A stretch of DNA of 63,523 bases, the filler included, from Octopus bimaculoides (Eukaryota), in NCBI RefSeq assembly GCF_001194135.2. It is 4 parts of 4 records of this genome, joined end to end, with 100 filler letters (N's around TTAATTAATTAA, not from the genome) between each part and the next. Parts side by side here need not be neighbours in the genome. Positions count along the whole stretch, not along the records: positions 1 to 31,469 come from NC_068986.1; positions 31,570 to 43,754 come from NC_068997.1; 2 more parts are not named here. One strand, given 5' to 3'. The notes under the pieces are model-generated. The model had not been told where the DNA came from, searched no databases, and was given only the letters and a program-made list of their open reading frames with translations. Positions 21,553-32,912 of this stretch are shown in pieces. Each line of letters begins with the position of its first letter. Position 1 is the stretch's first letter. The position numbers were made by a program, and so were the translations under genes.

Positions 21553-22180
21553 AAAGGCAGTGAGCTAGCAGAATTGTTAGCACGCCGGGTGACATGATTA
21601 ACGGCATTTCATCCGTCTTTACGTTTTGAGTTCAAGTGCCGCCGAGGTTGACTTTGCCTTTCATTCATTCGGGGTCGATAAATAAATACCAGTTGACCAC
21701 TGGGGTCGATGTAATCGAGCTGCACCCTCGCCTGCAACTGTTCGACTTGTACCAACATTTAAAAACTAACGTTAATACCTCTGCGAGAAGGCGGCGGTGA
21801 GTTAGCAGAGTGGTTAGCACGCCGGGCGAAATGCTTTGCAACGTTTCGTCTGTCTTTACGTTTTGAGTTCAAATGCCGCCGAAGTGAACTTTGCCTCTCA
21901 TCCTTTCGGGATCGACAAAATAAGTATCAGTTGAGCACTGGGGTCGATGTAATCGACCTACCCCGCACCCCTAAAATTGTTGACCTGGTACCAAAATGGC
22001 AAAATTGCAAAAAAACGCCTGAGATAAAATCTTGCGGTACTTGTTCCGACTCTTCACATATTGAGATCATATCCTGCCGAGGTCACGCTTCCTTTTTATC
22101 CTTACGGGATCGATAAAATAAAATACCAGTAAAGTACTGAAGTCGATGTTGTCGATCCACCCATCTCCTCAGATGCTTAA
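21553..22180 (+). mobile_element. Three head-to-tail family B SINEs (third degenerate)
   Basis: Heads at about 21553, 21789 and 22015, each with a gtcgataaaataagtacc..ctggggtcgatgtaatcg-type core. Confidence 0.78.
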
Positions 22181-23570
22181 ATCATCAACACTTATTAATA
22201 AATGCAATGATATTAGAGGGTTGCCTGCACAAATATAATCCGGATTCTACAGGAATAAATTGCCAAAATACGGATGAGTTAATGAAGGAGACTCTGCATA
22301 CACACTTGATTTATCTGTTAGAAATAACAACTAAATTCCCCTGAAAATACACACTGCTTCCTTAAAAAGGAAATGACATGGATAATCGGGCTCAGGATTG
22401 CTTATCATAGTTTACTTGCGGCCAAACAATGAGAATAAAATTTTAGAATAGTGTGTAGAGCAAGTTCGGTGCTGCTATTTGGGTGCAAAGCCAATCTGAC
22501 GTTTTAGCTTCAAAACAATTTTTTAAGTGGGAAATTTGCACGCATCATATTTTTAAATTCAAAGGTTGGTATTATTAAACAACTTAGGCCTAGTTTCACT
22601 TCTTGCTTAGGCTATGGATAGCATTACTGTTCCTATCAACAGATTATATCTGAATAGAAGTTGCCAAGTGTGCATTACGATAAGTATGAAATAGTATCAT
22701 AACAGTAGAGATTATTACAAATCACTGCCAAACACCACATACCCACTACACATTTCTGGTATCCATTACCAATACATGTGTAACATTTTGAATTCTCTCG
22801 TTTCTCATTAAAAATGTTTTTGCTTTTCATATGTTGATAAAGTGCTTTTCTCTATACATCGATACCTTTCACTGTTCCATAATACTTAATGACTAACTTA
22901 GCTTATTGAGTTTTTTAAACAGTTTTTCTCTCTGGATTAAACTTGCTGATACAGACAAACAACTAAATGTTTTTTTTATTTAAAGTGGCTGTTGCAAGAT
23001 TTTATGTGACACCTTTATTGATATAATGAAGTTATAGAGACAAGTTATATTATTTGTAGAGAAAATAACATAGTAAGATAAATAAGAAAGTCGAAACTAA
23101 AGGAAACAGATGATATTGAAAAGTGTCTGAACTTGGCCGGTTAAAGAACTGCGAAAACTCTAATATGGGAGTTTAAAAAAAATCTCATATAGGCCAACAC
23201 AGCCATTCAAGACACTGACAGAGCATTAAATTTAAGAGCGAGATAGCGAAATTGCAAACACTGTCATATTCTATTCTGCAAGAACCGTTTGCAAACGCCT
23301 TGAAAATTAAAGGCCCTTGGTTTTACTAAATCTTAAGACATGAATTCATTGGCAGTATGAAAGTGTAACTTTTACCAGCTAAAATTGAAAAAAAGCAAAT
23401 GACATATACCTGGAAATATCGCTAAACACAGAAGCTACAAAACATGAATAAAAAATTATTTCCTATCTTTAGTAAAGCTAATAGTTATAAAAAAGTAGCT
23501 GAGGTGATAGACACTATGAGAAAACGCCAATGGAAACTATATGAAAAATCAAAACAAAACAAAAAAATTA

Positions 23571-23846
23571 GTTGTATGCTGTCAACTTAATGTGACAGTC
23601 CCCTGAAGGGAATAATACTACTGTTGTTTAGACCTAGAAAGCTGCACCGCTTCCTGTCGGCCTTGACACATTTCCTGTGTCCTTATGTTTACAAGAGGGA
23701 GACAAGCACCTCCCCCAGCTAAGCCTGCATCCAGTGACATGTTTCTGAGTCTTTGCTTGTCATCAGTCTCCAGACTGCTCTGTAGTATTATTACAGTAGT
23801 ATTATTCCCTTCAGGAGACTGTCACATTAAGCTGACAGCATACAAC
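23571..23846. mobile_element. MITE with about 55-bp TIRs and TA flanks
   Basis: gttgtatgctgtcaacttaatgtgacagtcccctgaagggaataatactactgt versus its reverse complement at about 23793-23846: 2 mismatches. TA on both sides. Confidence 0.85.
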
Positions 23847-23989
23847 TACTTCATCGTATCACTACTGCATAAATCTCTCTGAGAGATTTAGAAATGTATT
23901 ATTTCTAAAAACAAAAAAAAACTTAGAAACTAAGCTCAAAATGGTATAAAAGAAGACTATGGTAAGACTTTGGTAAGAAAGTCTACATT

Positions 23990-25000
23990 GCTAATACCTG
24001 AGAAAACTGGGTAAATGGGAGAAGAAGAAGAAAAACATGATATGATCGTCATACGACAATGCCATCATACGAACGACTGGATATTCAGTTCTAACGATTA
24101 AGACATCGGCAAAGAAAGCGCTTACATGACCAATACCTGAAAATGAAAGAAATGGAAGAAGACAACAGATAAAACTCTGACTTGAACATCATACAACAGT
24201 ATCATCAAACAAATGCCATGTGTTCAATTTTAATGAAAATTATATTGCTAAACCGACAATTTCTATTTTAAATAAAGCCTCATTTTGTGTTGAAGAACAA
24301 TCGAGATGGTATGCGTCCGTGTTCTGCGCTCTTCAGCAAATTTTCATCCAGTTTATAATGACCTCTTGGTTTCCTCTTATATTGTCCTCACAGTTGGCTT
24401 TACTAAATTAAAAACTGGTATCTTTGTTCCATATAAAAGCTATTTGTCTGAGTTTGAAAATTATTTAAAAGAAAGATTGTATATAAACTCACCACCAAGG
24501 TCTGTTTCTCTGACTATAGAACAGTAGAGTGAATTACTATTTTTCGGGCAAGGGGTCGGAGGAGGTGGTGACTGTTCGCATTCGCCGTAATATTTATCTC
24601 TTCTTGAGTCACAGCGAGAGCATTGTATCATTCCTTGCACAGCTGAAAAGAAATGAAACACAAAGATGTAAGCAATAAATATGCATGTACCGCTTCAAAA
24701 CCTGATACTTATTATCAACAATTATATAGCACAATTTCTCTAGTTTTTAGGATGTAAATTCAATAGAAACAATATCTTCGAAATCTATCAGTTATCAACA
24801 AGAAGCCAATGTATATAAATTATTTAAGAAGTCGTTCAATAAGCTAACAAGACTGCAGTTCTTCTGAAACAGATTCCATACAAACTAGAATCGATTACCA
24901 AGGGAGATAGTGGAACCGAAGACAACTAGCCAATTCAAGAATAGACTGATGAATATTGGAAGAAGATTTAATTTGAAACACCCTTCTAATATGCTGAAAG
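23990..25000 (+). mobile_element. Highly decayed CR1/L2-type LINE 3' coding end
   Basis: RLQFF*NR...NRLPREIVEPKTTSQFKNRL at about 24853-24950 fits the CR1 C-terminal FFSNRVV..WNxLPxxVVxAxxxxxFKxRLD pattern. A QRK...IPEMKEME-like stretch lies at about 24110-24170. Confidence 0.5.
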
Positions 25001-25129
25001 GTTGCATTACAAAAAAAAAAAAAAGAAAGCTGCCATTTACAGGCCTTAACTTTCAGTCATAAAAAAAATATAAAAGAAACTATAAATCAAAGTAAAAAAA
25101 AAGTGAAATGGAAAGAAAAAAGAGAGTAA

Positions 25130-25131
25130 TA

Positions 25132-25187
<56 letters not shown>

Positions 25188-25265
25188 TAAGTATTAGTAG
25201 TAGTAGTAATGATGATGATGATGATAATAATGATGATGATGATAGTAATAAAAATAATAATGACA
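25130..25265. repeat. (TAC)n / (TAG)n / (GAT)n microsatellites
   Basis: Visible tandem arrays. Confidence 0.95.
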
Positions 25266-28200
25266 ACAGCATATCTGTTTCTCTGTATTAATTTTTGTGC
25301 GATGTTTGGTATTCCAGAATCACATTTTTATTTTAGAGTATCATAGGACGGGATTTATTATGCATGAAAGTTGTAAATGATGGGTATAAGTTATGTTATG
25401 TGTAAATCGATAGTTATGAATAATATTAAAGATACGCTCAATGCTTTTGTGTTTATGCAATACATGTTTATTATGCTTATATAAATTATTTTTGTTTTGT
25501 TTCGAACGATGGAATGTTATAGATTTGAAGTATATGTATTTTAATTTTTAGTAAAATGTTGAGCTATCTGGAATAAAGGATAGCTGCTATTAGGTGTTAC
25601 TAGCTGTCAATTCCAAGCCATGCAGCTAATTTTTGTAGAAGTAGAGTGTGGAGACATGCATATAACTGGGTCGATAGGGCGACGCTGGTTCATATTCCAC
25701 TCTGTGGGAGCTTAAGTTGCTTAATTTCTAAATAACTGTGTTCCCATAGGTGTAAACAATTGCATTATGATAGTCACAGCTCGCCATTATACGTAGTATG
25801 TATAATGTATAGAGTTAGCATGAGTGTAATTAGCTTGTAATGTTCCTTTTGGTTTAGAGAAGGCCACCAAATATCGTTCTACCAATGCTCAGATTAGATT
25901 TCGAATAGTCTGAGCCGGTTTTGCTATGGTAATTAAGTCCTGGTTTTGATTGAAGACTGAGTGAAGTGGCTTGTCTGCAATAGCTAATTCTATGTTAAAC
26001 TTATACACTGATAAATATAATGTAATCTTCGATGCTTGAAAGACGAAGAGAATGATAAAAAAGGAAAATGTGAAGAAAAATACGAACAAGATAAAGCAAA
26101 TGAAAATGACGACGATATAGAAGAATTGAGGGAGGCTGTAGAAAAGGCAGCAATAGTAACAGTAACAACAGGAACTCCATCTCAAACTCAGCAGATTTTC
26201 ACTTTTGGTAATATCTTCCTTCTTTGATATACCGTGATGTGAGAGATTAACGATAATCCTACAGTGATCAGGCAAAAACAGAAATGTAAGAAGATAACTG
26301 GCATGTTCTTTTCAAATACGATATTTTTTGTTGACAATAAATCCCAGACATCAGAGGATGAAGAAAGTGGAACTAGTTTCATTCAATAAAATAGTTACCA
26401 GTATATGACTATAATAGATGTTCCTATTCGTGTATATGGTCTACATATTAACGTGTATGGTTTATATATGAATATGTATAATTCACTGAACAGTCCCTCA
26501 ATGATCTGTTTATGTTGATATTTTCCCGAAGATTGTAGTGATTGGCAATTTTTGGAAGTTTAATTGTGAAGATCATAATTGTGTATTGAAAGTTGGAAAT
26601 ACATGCAGTGAAACGGTGGTAAACAATGCAGCCCATCTGTATCGTTTGATGTATTCTTTTAATGACTAAAATTATTCTCTTTTTCCAATTTAGCTGTTTG
26701 TCTTCCACACCTGTGTTGCATAATTCCTCAAATTGGTCAATGAAAAACAAATTAAATAAATAAGTTAAGGAGTGATTTTCTGAGTAGCGCAAGCATTAAA
26801 TTCTTAAATAATTAAATTTTTCTAGAGAAAATTGTTACTGACTCTCAAAGATAAAGGGAGATAATATAATGGCATTTCAAATTCCTGAAAAGTAAACTAA
26901 TAAGTTTTGGCGAGGCACTGAGTTGCTACTGATATGCTTCGACATTAATGGCCCTTGTCAGTATATACGAACATAATTTCACCAAGTTTTTGCATACAGA
27001 AAAAGAATTTAGAAGATTTTTGGCCATATTAATTTGTATAATTAAAAATATATACTTGGCTCTAGGAAATAACTGAAGTGGGCCAAAATGCATGAATTTA
27101 AATAAATCAAGGAATGATGTATTGAACACTATACATAAAACCCCAATTAAATTTCTCAGGTAGACAAAGATATAAAAAAAAGGCCTTCTAATACGTATTG
27201 TCAAGAAAGCATTAGAAATGATACAAAATGAAAACCATTCAAGAACCTCCCACATTTTACTTGTTATATCTTTATTATATTTGTTTGAGCGACAAGTGCT
27301 CATAAAACTGAAACTCTCTTCAGAAAACTAGACCTGAACGCTGCTGAGACAACTAAAAACAATCTGCTGTGGTATAGAAAATTACAGTTTATAAATCGAT
27401 AGTCTAGCATTGATTCGCCAGGCGATTGTCCCTCGCTCTTACTGGTTAATCATTTTATTTATCGATGCTGCATTTGGACTTCACATTTTGTTTTTATAGT
27501 TCCATTGTAGTATAGAGCTATAAGTCTACTCGTTCAGGCTAAGCGACAGCAGCAGCAACAACAACAATAACAACAACGCTAACAATATTAATAGCCACAA
27601 GTGTAGTTACATGATCTTGTACAATTGCGCGTTCGCAACAACACAAACACCAACACAAACATAAAACCTAGTTAAAATGACTGCGATTTTTAAGATCCTT
27701 ATTATCTTCTAACTACAATATTTATGTATCTATAAAAACATTTATGTTTAAGAATATCACGTCTCTTTTATATTGTTATGCTTTACAGATTCATAGAGAT
27801 CTGAATGAAAAGTTGCAATAAGTTGGTTTGTGTTAATATGATTATAGAGTTTCTGTTCTTTACATTCGGGTTCTAATCAAGTCAACTTGAACTTTATTCT
27901 GTTTAGGGTCGATAAAATAAAGTACCATTCATGTACAGAGGTCAACATAATCAGCTGTTCTCGCTCCGAAGCTTCTAGTCTTGTACTTATTGTTAAAAGT
28001 TATTAATTTAATGGTAGGACGTCGAACAAATAGCCTTGTGTAGCCCTTTACATTCTAAGTTCAAATCATTACGGAAGTTAATTTTTCTTTCACCTTTAGG
28101 GCAACAGTATAGTGACTTACTAGCTAAGTAATGGGGTTGATATAACCGGCTGTTTCTGCCACCACATTTGTGGACTTGTGCCTAAGTTAGAAATGATATT

Positions 28201-28644
28201 GGTTTCAAATTTTGACGCATGGTGCGGATGAAAGGCAAAGTCGACCTCAATAGAATTTGAATTCAGAACATAAAGACGAAGGAAATGTCGCGAAGAATTT
28301 TGCCCTGCCAGCTCGCCGCCTTTAAGTTAGAAATAATATTAATGACTTTAGTGGTAGAGGAGCTGTGTATGTTTATAAGGAGAGCCATTACCTTTATAAT
28401 GTTTTAAGTTATAGACACAAGGAAAAACGAATGTTGAGGCAGTGAGTAGTCAATTAATCTATAACAGTATATGACTTAGTTTCTTCGACACCTCCTCCTC
28501 CTGCATCGGACACGATGACTGGAAACCACAATTACAATCTTTGTATATAGTCTTCCAAAATCTTGGGTTTGTTCGCTGACACCAGAATGACGAACAAGAC
28601 TAATTCGACTGGTATCGAAGGTATTTGAGCACAGAATGTAAAGG

Positions 28645-28706
<62 letters not shown>

Positions 28707-29009
28707 TACACACACACACTGTATCTCTTTCTCTCTCACACACATATACGCGCGCGCACACGCATGCACACGCACGCAAGCACACACAAACGCACACATG
28801 TACACGCGCGCGCGCATACATATATACAAAAGACATAAACAATTATTTCATTGCTCAACAGTTTCTGCCTATCACTTCTATGACCTCACAACATTCAAAA
28901 CCGCAAAACGAAAAACAATTTACGTTAGATAACGCGTTTGCTTAAACTTTTGAAGGAAAAAAAAAATCTATATGAAAACCACTCATCTGAATGACATTTA
29001 TTTAAAAAA

Positions 29010-29140
29010 AAAATGATCGAATTCTTGTTGTCAAGGAAACATTAGATAGGATACAAAAATGAAAAATCCATTGGGACATGTAGGGAACTCCCATAATTTT
29101 ACTTGATTTCAGAAAGATGTGTAGCAAATCCTTTGAATAA
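29010..29140 (+). mobile_element. Possible LINE RT fragment (IILLDFRK)
   Basis: ILVVKETLDRIQ...PIILLDFRK resembles the RT LDFxKAFD motif. A diverged sister segment lies at about 27190-27270. Confidence 0.35.
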
Positions 29141-29937
29141 CATTGCATATTAAAAAAAAAAAAAAGAGAGAGAGAAGGAGAAAAATCTGCAGACTATTGA
29201 AGCCCTCAAAACAAGATAATTGAAGAAATAAATGAATTTACTGAAGCTAAACTCTGTTATACAGTTCATAATTTAGAATGTCAGGAAGAATGTATGATAG
29301 AATTTCAACTGAAGACTTAATTGAAGACTTACTGCAGCAATTTTAATGATTTGTTCTAATAAAATGTTTCCAGTGAAATGTTTATTGTGTTATGAGGCGA
29401 ATTAAAAACATTGCAAACATTTTCACTAACTGAAATCTATCAATTTCTCATATATTCTCTCTCCACACACATGCACACACACACATACATACATACATAC
29501 ATACATACATGCATGCATGCATACATATATACATACATACACGCGAGCTCACACACACACAAATATAAATATAAGATTCAGGGAAAGTGGTGTAGGAAGA
29601 AAGTTAACTTCAAGGAGTCCGTAGTAAACACACGCACACACACACAAACACACACACACACACACACACACACAAAACAACTTTTAGGGACAATAGTGGT
29701 TTATTGAGACGGAAGGTTGTGGATTTTTTCGTATCGAAGTACGATAAACTGAAAAAGTTCTTTTCATATTTCACGGTAGGCGACGAAGGTTGCCGAGTGT
29801 GCAAATAAGAATACATGAGTTAAGGAATGGGGTAGATAAGACCCGGGCTACATATGCTTCATAGCAAGTGGAACCTCAGAAGTGGTAAACATCCAAGCGA
29901 TTTTATACCGCAGGCTACTCTTCACGCCAAGGATATC

Positions 29938-30330
29938 AGCTTTTACTTGTTTCAGCCATTAGACTGCAGCCATGCTGGGGCACCGCCTTGAAGAAATTTT
30001 AGTCGAATGTATCGACCCCAGTACTTATTTCTTAAAGTCTGGCATTTATTCTATCGGTCTCTTTTGCAGAACCGCTATGTTACGAGGACGTAAACACATC
30101 GGCACCGGTTGTCAAGCGGTGATGGTGGCACAAACACAGACGTAAAGACACATACATGGATATATATACATATAAACGACGGGCCTCTTTCAATTTCCGT
30201 CTACCAAATCCATGCATAATACTTTGGTCGGCCGGATTCTATAGTAGAATCCACTTGCCCAAGGTGTCACGCAGTCGGATTGAACCCAGAACCATGTGAT
30301 TGAAAAGCAAGTTTCTTATCACACAGTCAC
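29938..30330 (-). mobile_element. Family A SINE (diverged)
   Basis: Reverse-complement tail and head of family A. Confidence 0.8.
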
Positions 30331-30424
30331 ACTGGCATTCATCTATCTATTTTTTGTCTATTTATCTACATATATTTGTACGCACACACACATACACATA
30401 CACATATCTATTTCTTTAAACATA

Positions 30425-30590
30425 GAGGGGACAAACAAAGGGATTAAGTCGATTACACCGACCACAGTGAGTAACTGGTATTTATGTAATCGACCCCGAA
30501 AGGATGAAAGGCAAAGTCGACCTCGGCGGAATTTGAACTCAAAGCGTAACGGCAGACGAAATACCGCTAAACATTTCGCCTGGCGTGCTG
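30425..30590 (-). mobile_element. Family B SINE
   Basis: atcgaccccgaaaggatgaaaggcaaagtcgacctcggcggaatttgaactc. Confidence 0.82.
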
Positions 30591-30764
30591 GATGGATGGA
30601 TGGGTGGATGGATCCGTCTTCTGCCAAAGAACTGGTACCTTCCAACTCGCTTTTTCACCAAAAGAAGTACAGAAATAAGACCTCAAAACACCGAAAGCTG
30701 GTGATGCAGCATGGCTCGAACATCTGGCTGAAACCGGCAGACAAGAAAAGAATATATACATTCT

Positions 30765-30945
30765 TTTATTCTCTTGTTTCAGTCATTTGATTGTGGTCAT
30801 GTTGGAGCAAAACCCAGGATTTCTCTGTAAGCCTAGTACTTATTCTATTGGTTACTTCTGGCGAATCGCTAGCTGACGGTAGCGTAACACATCAACATCG
30901 GTTGTCAAGCGATGGTGAGAGGACAAACACAGACACAAATAACAA

Positions 30946-31019
<74 letters not shown>

Positions 31020-31181
31020 GGCGGGCTTCTGCAGTTTCCGCCTACCAAATCCACTCACAGGGCTTTGGTCAGCCCGACGGTATAGTGGGAGACATTTCCC
31101 CAAGGGGCAATGCAGTGGGACTGAACCCGCAACCATGTGGTTGAGAAGCAAGCTACCTACTACACAGCCACTCCTGCGCCT
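30765..31181 (-). mobile_element. Family A SINE (diverged)
   Basis: Reverse-complement architecture ending ccactcctgcgcc. Confidence 0.8.
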
Positions 31182-31204
31182 ATATATATATATATATATA
31201 TATT

Positions 31205-31469
31205 TACGATCACATCAGCTGCTAGAAAAACCACCGCAGAGCGTTGGAAGGGATGGAATACACCCACCCACGACCCAGAGGATAATATCCAAACACGAAA
31301 AATGGTTGCACATGCTGTAGGTGCAAGTCTGAAGACCACCCTGCAGAACCATATAGTTAAATTCAATGAAAAACTATACATGCAGGTCCAGGGAGCGGCT
31401 ATTGGTGTCAGTGTGGCCGGAGACGTGGCAAGCCTATTCATGACCTGGTGGGACAAAAAGCTGAAAACA
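31205..31469 (+). mobile_element. Penelope-like RT fragment
   Basis: Open frame RKMVAHAVGASLKTTLQNHIVKFNEKLYMQVQGAAIGVSVAGDVASLFMTWWDKK fits the PLE RT F..KxYxQxxGxxIG...A.LxM motif. Runs into a gap. Confidence 0.75.
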
Positions 31470-31513
31470 NNNNNNNNNNNNNNNNNNNNNNNNNNNNNNN
31501 NNNNNNNNNNNNN

Positions 31514-31525
31514 TTAATTAATTAA
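31514..31525. other. Artificial gap marker TTAATTAATTAA (44 N + 12 + 44 N)
   Basis: Same 100-bp structure at 43799-43810 and 62184-62195. Palindromic, with a stop in all six frames. Confidence 0.9.
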
Positions 31526-31612
31526 NNNNNNNNNNNNNNNNNNNNNNNNNNNNNNNNNNNNNNNNNNNNGATTAAAAATCAAACAATAAGCAACACGGAT
31601 TTCAAAAGTGAT

Positions 31613-31701
31613 TGCAGTACGCACGTTTCATGCTACTTCAATTTATTTAAGTAATGTGAGCATTACCTTAAATGCAATATGAAGAGCAATCTTCAGCTGC
31701 A
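31613..31701 (-). ncRNA. Type-I hammerhead ribozyme (putative), inverted copy
   Basis: Exact reverse complement of 31811-31899. Confidence 0.72.
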
Positions 31702-31810
31702 CGAAAATGTAGAAAATGTAGAAAAAAAGACATTATAATATGTCTTTTTTTCTACATTTTCTACATTTTTCTACATTTTCTACATTTTTTCTACATTTTC
31801 TACATTTTCG

Positions 31811-31899
31811 TGCAGCTGAAGATTGCTCTTCATATTGCATTTAAGGTAATGCTCACATTACTTAAATAAATTGAAGTAGCATGAAACGTGCGTACTGCA
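31811..31899 (+). ncRNA. Type-I hammerhead ribozyme (putative)
   Basis: Stem I tgcag/ctgca; core CTGAAGA (31816-31822); 60-nt foldable helix II; GAAA-C (31883-31887); stem III acg-tg-cgt; cleavage triplet GTA (31892-31894). Confidence 0.75.
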
Positions 31900-32159
31900 A
31901 TCACTTTTGAAATCCGTGTTGCTTATTGTTTGATTTTTAATCACCCATCCTTTTGGGATGCGATATTCGGGTGCCTTCGCATAAGTACCATATTCAAACC
32001 TTGAATCTATATATATATATATGTATGTATATGTGTTTATGTATATATATATATATATGTGTATGTATATGTGTTTATGTATATATATATGTATATGTGT
32101 ATATATATGTATATATGTGTATTTATATATATGTATGCATATATGTGTATCTATATATA

Positions 32160-32240
32160 TGGGAGAATATACAAATAATAACAACAGACGAGGACAGGTG
32201 GTGTAAATAACAAAAGTATATATTAGTATGACGCTCATAT
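32160..32240 (-). mobile_element. Terminal fragment of the PLE-associated repeat seen at 44940
   Basis: gggagaat...gacaggtggtgta.a.aacaa...tattagtat.acgctc is shared with 44941-45010. Confidence 0.55.
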
Positions 32241-32306
32241 ATACACATATGTGTGTATATATATGTGTGTGTGTATATATGTTTATATATATATATAAAA
32301 TGTATC

Positions 32307-32700
32307 TAGGAAGGGCATCCAGCTGTAGAAACTCTGACAGATCAGATTGGAGCTTGGTGCAGCCATCTGGTTCGCCAGTCCTCAGTCAAATCGTCCAACC
32401 CATGCTAGCATGGAAAGCAGACGTTAAACAATGATGATGAATGTAAGTGAATATGTGTGTATTGAGGTGTTTGTGTTTCCTTGTCTTGACATCATGTGGT
32501 AATTGTAAACAAATTTCATTGTTATATAAACTGTATTATTCATTTTCAATCTGGCATGCAAACATGTCTGGCCATGGGAAAATATTAGCTTGCATGGAAA
32601 CAGGTGAAACTTGTGAAAGTTAGTGACAGGAAGGGCATCCCATATTAAAAACAATTGCCATAACAAATTCCGTGTGACCCACAAAAACATAGAGAGGAAA
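32307..32700 (+). mobile_element. V/Meta-domain-like SINE fragments (family D)
   Basis: ggaagggcatccagctgtagaaac and gtgacaggaagggcatcc motifs. Tail ccaacccatgctagcatggaaagcagacgttaaac(gat)n also at about 56380 (+) and 53920 (-). Confidence 0.6.
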
Positions 32701-32912
32701 GGTGGGTGAGCTGGTAGAATCATTAGCATATATAACACTTAGTGGCATTTTGTCTGTCCTTACATTCTGAGTTCAAATTCTGCTGAACTTGACTTTGGCT
32801 TTCTTCCTTTTGGAGTCAATAAAATAATGGCCACTTCAGCACTGGGATCAATGTAATTGACTAACCCCCTCCTTCAGAATTTCTGGCCTTGTACCAAAAT
32901 TTGAAGCCAATA
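32698..32912 (+). mobile_element. Family B SINE
   Basis: Head ggtgggtgagctggtagaatcattagca, plus core. Confidence 0.75.

Larger units (their letters stand above)
31570..31942. repeat. Near-perfect long inverted repeat (arms 31570-31733 and 31740-31942, 6-nt loop)
   Basis: Arms are reverse complements except for 2 versus 6 copies of the tacattt-containing unit. Confidence 0.95.

Noticed and set aside
26950-27075. TEKEFRRFLAILI, reminiscent of piggyBac transposase
   Set aside because: A single short motif with no DDD residues or TTAA-bounded ends nearby; adjacent sequence looks more like the LINE-like piece at 29010.
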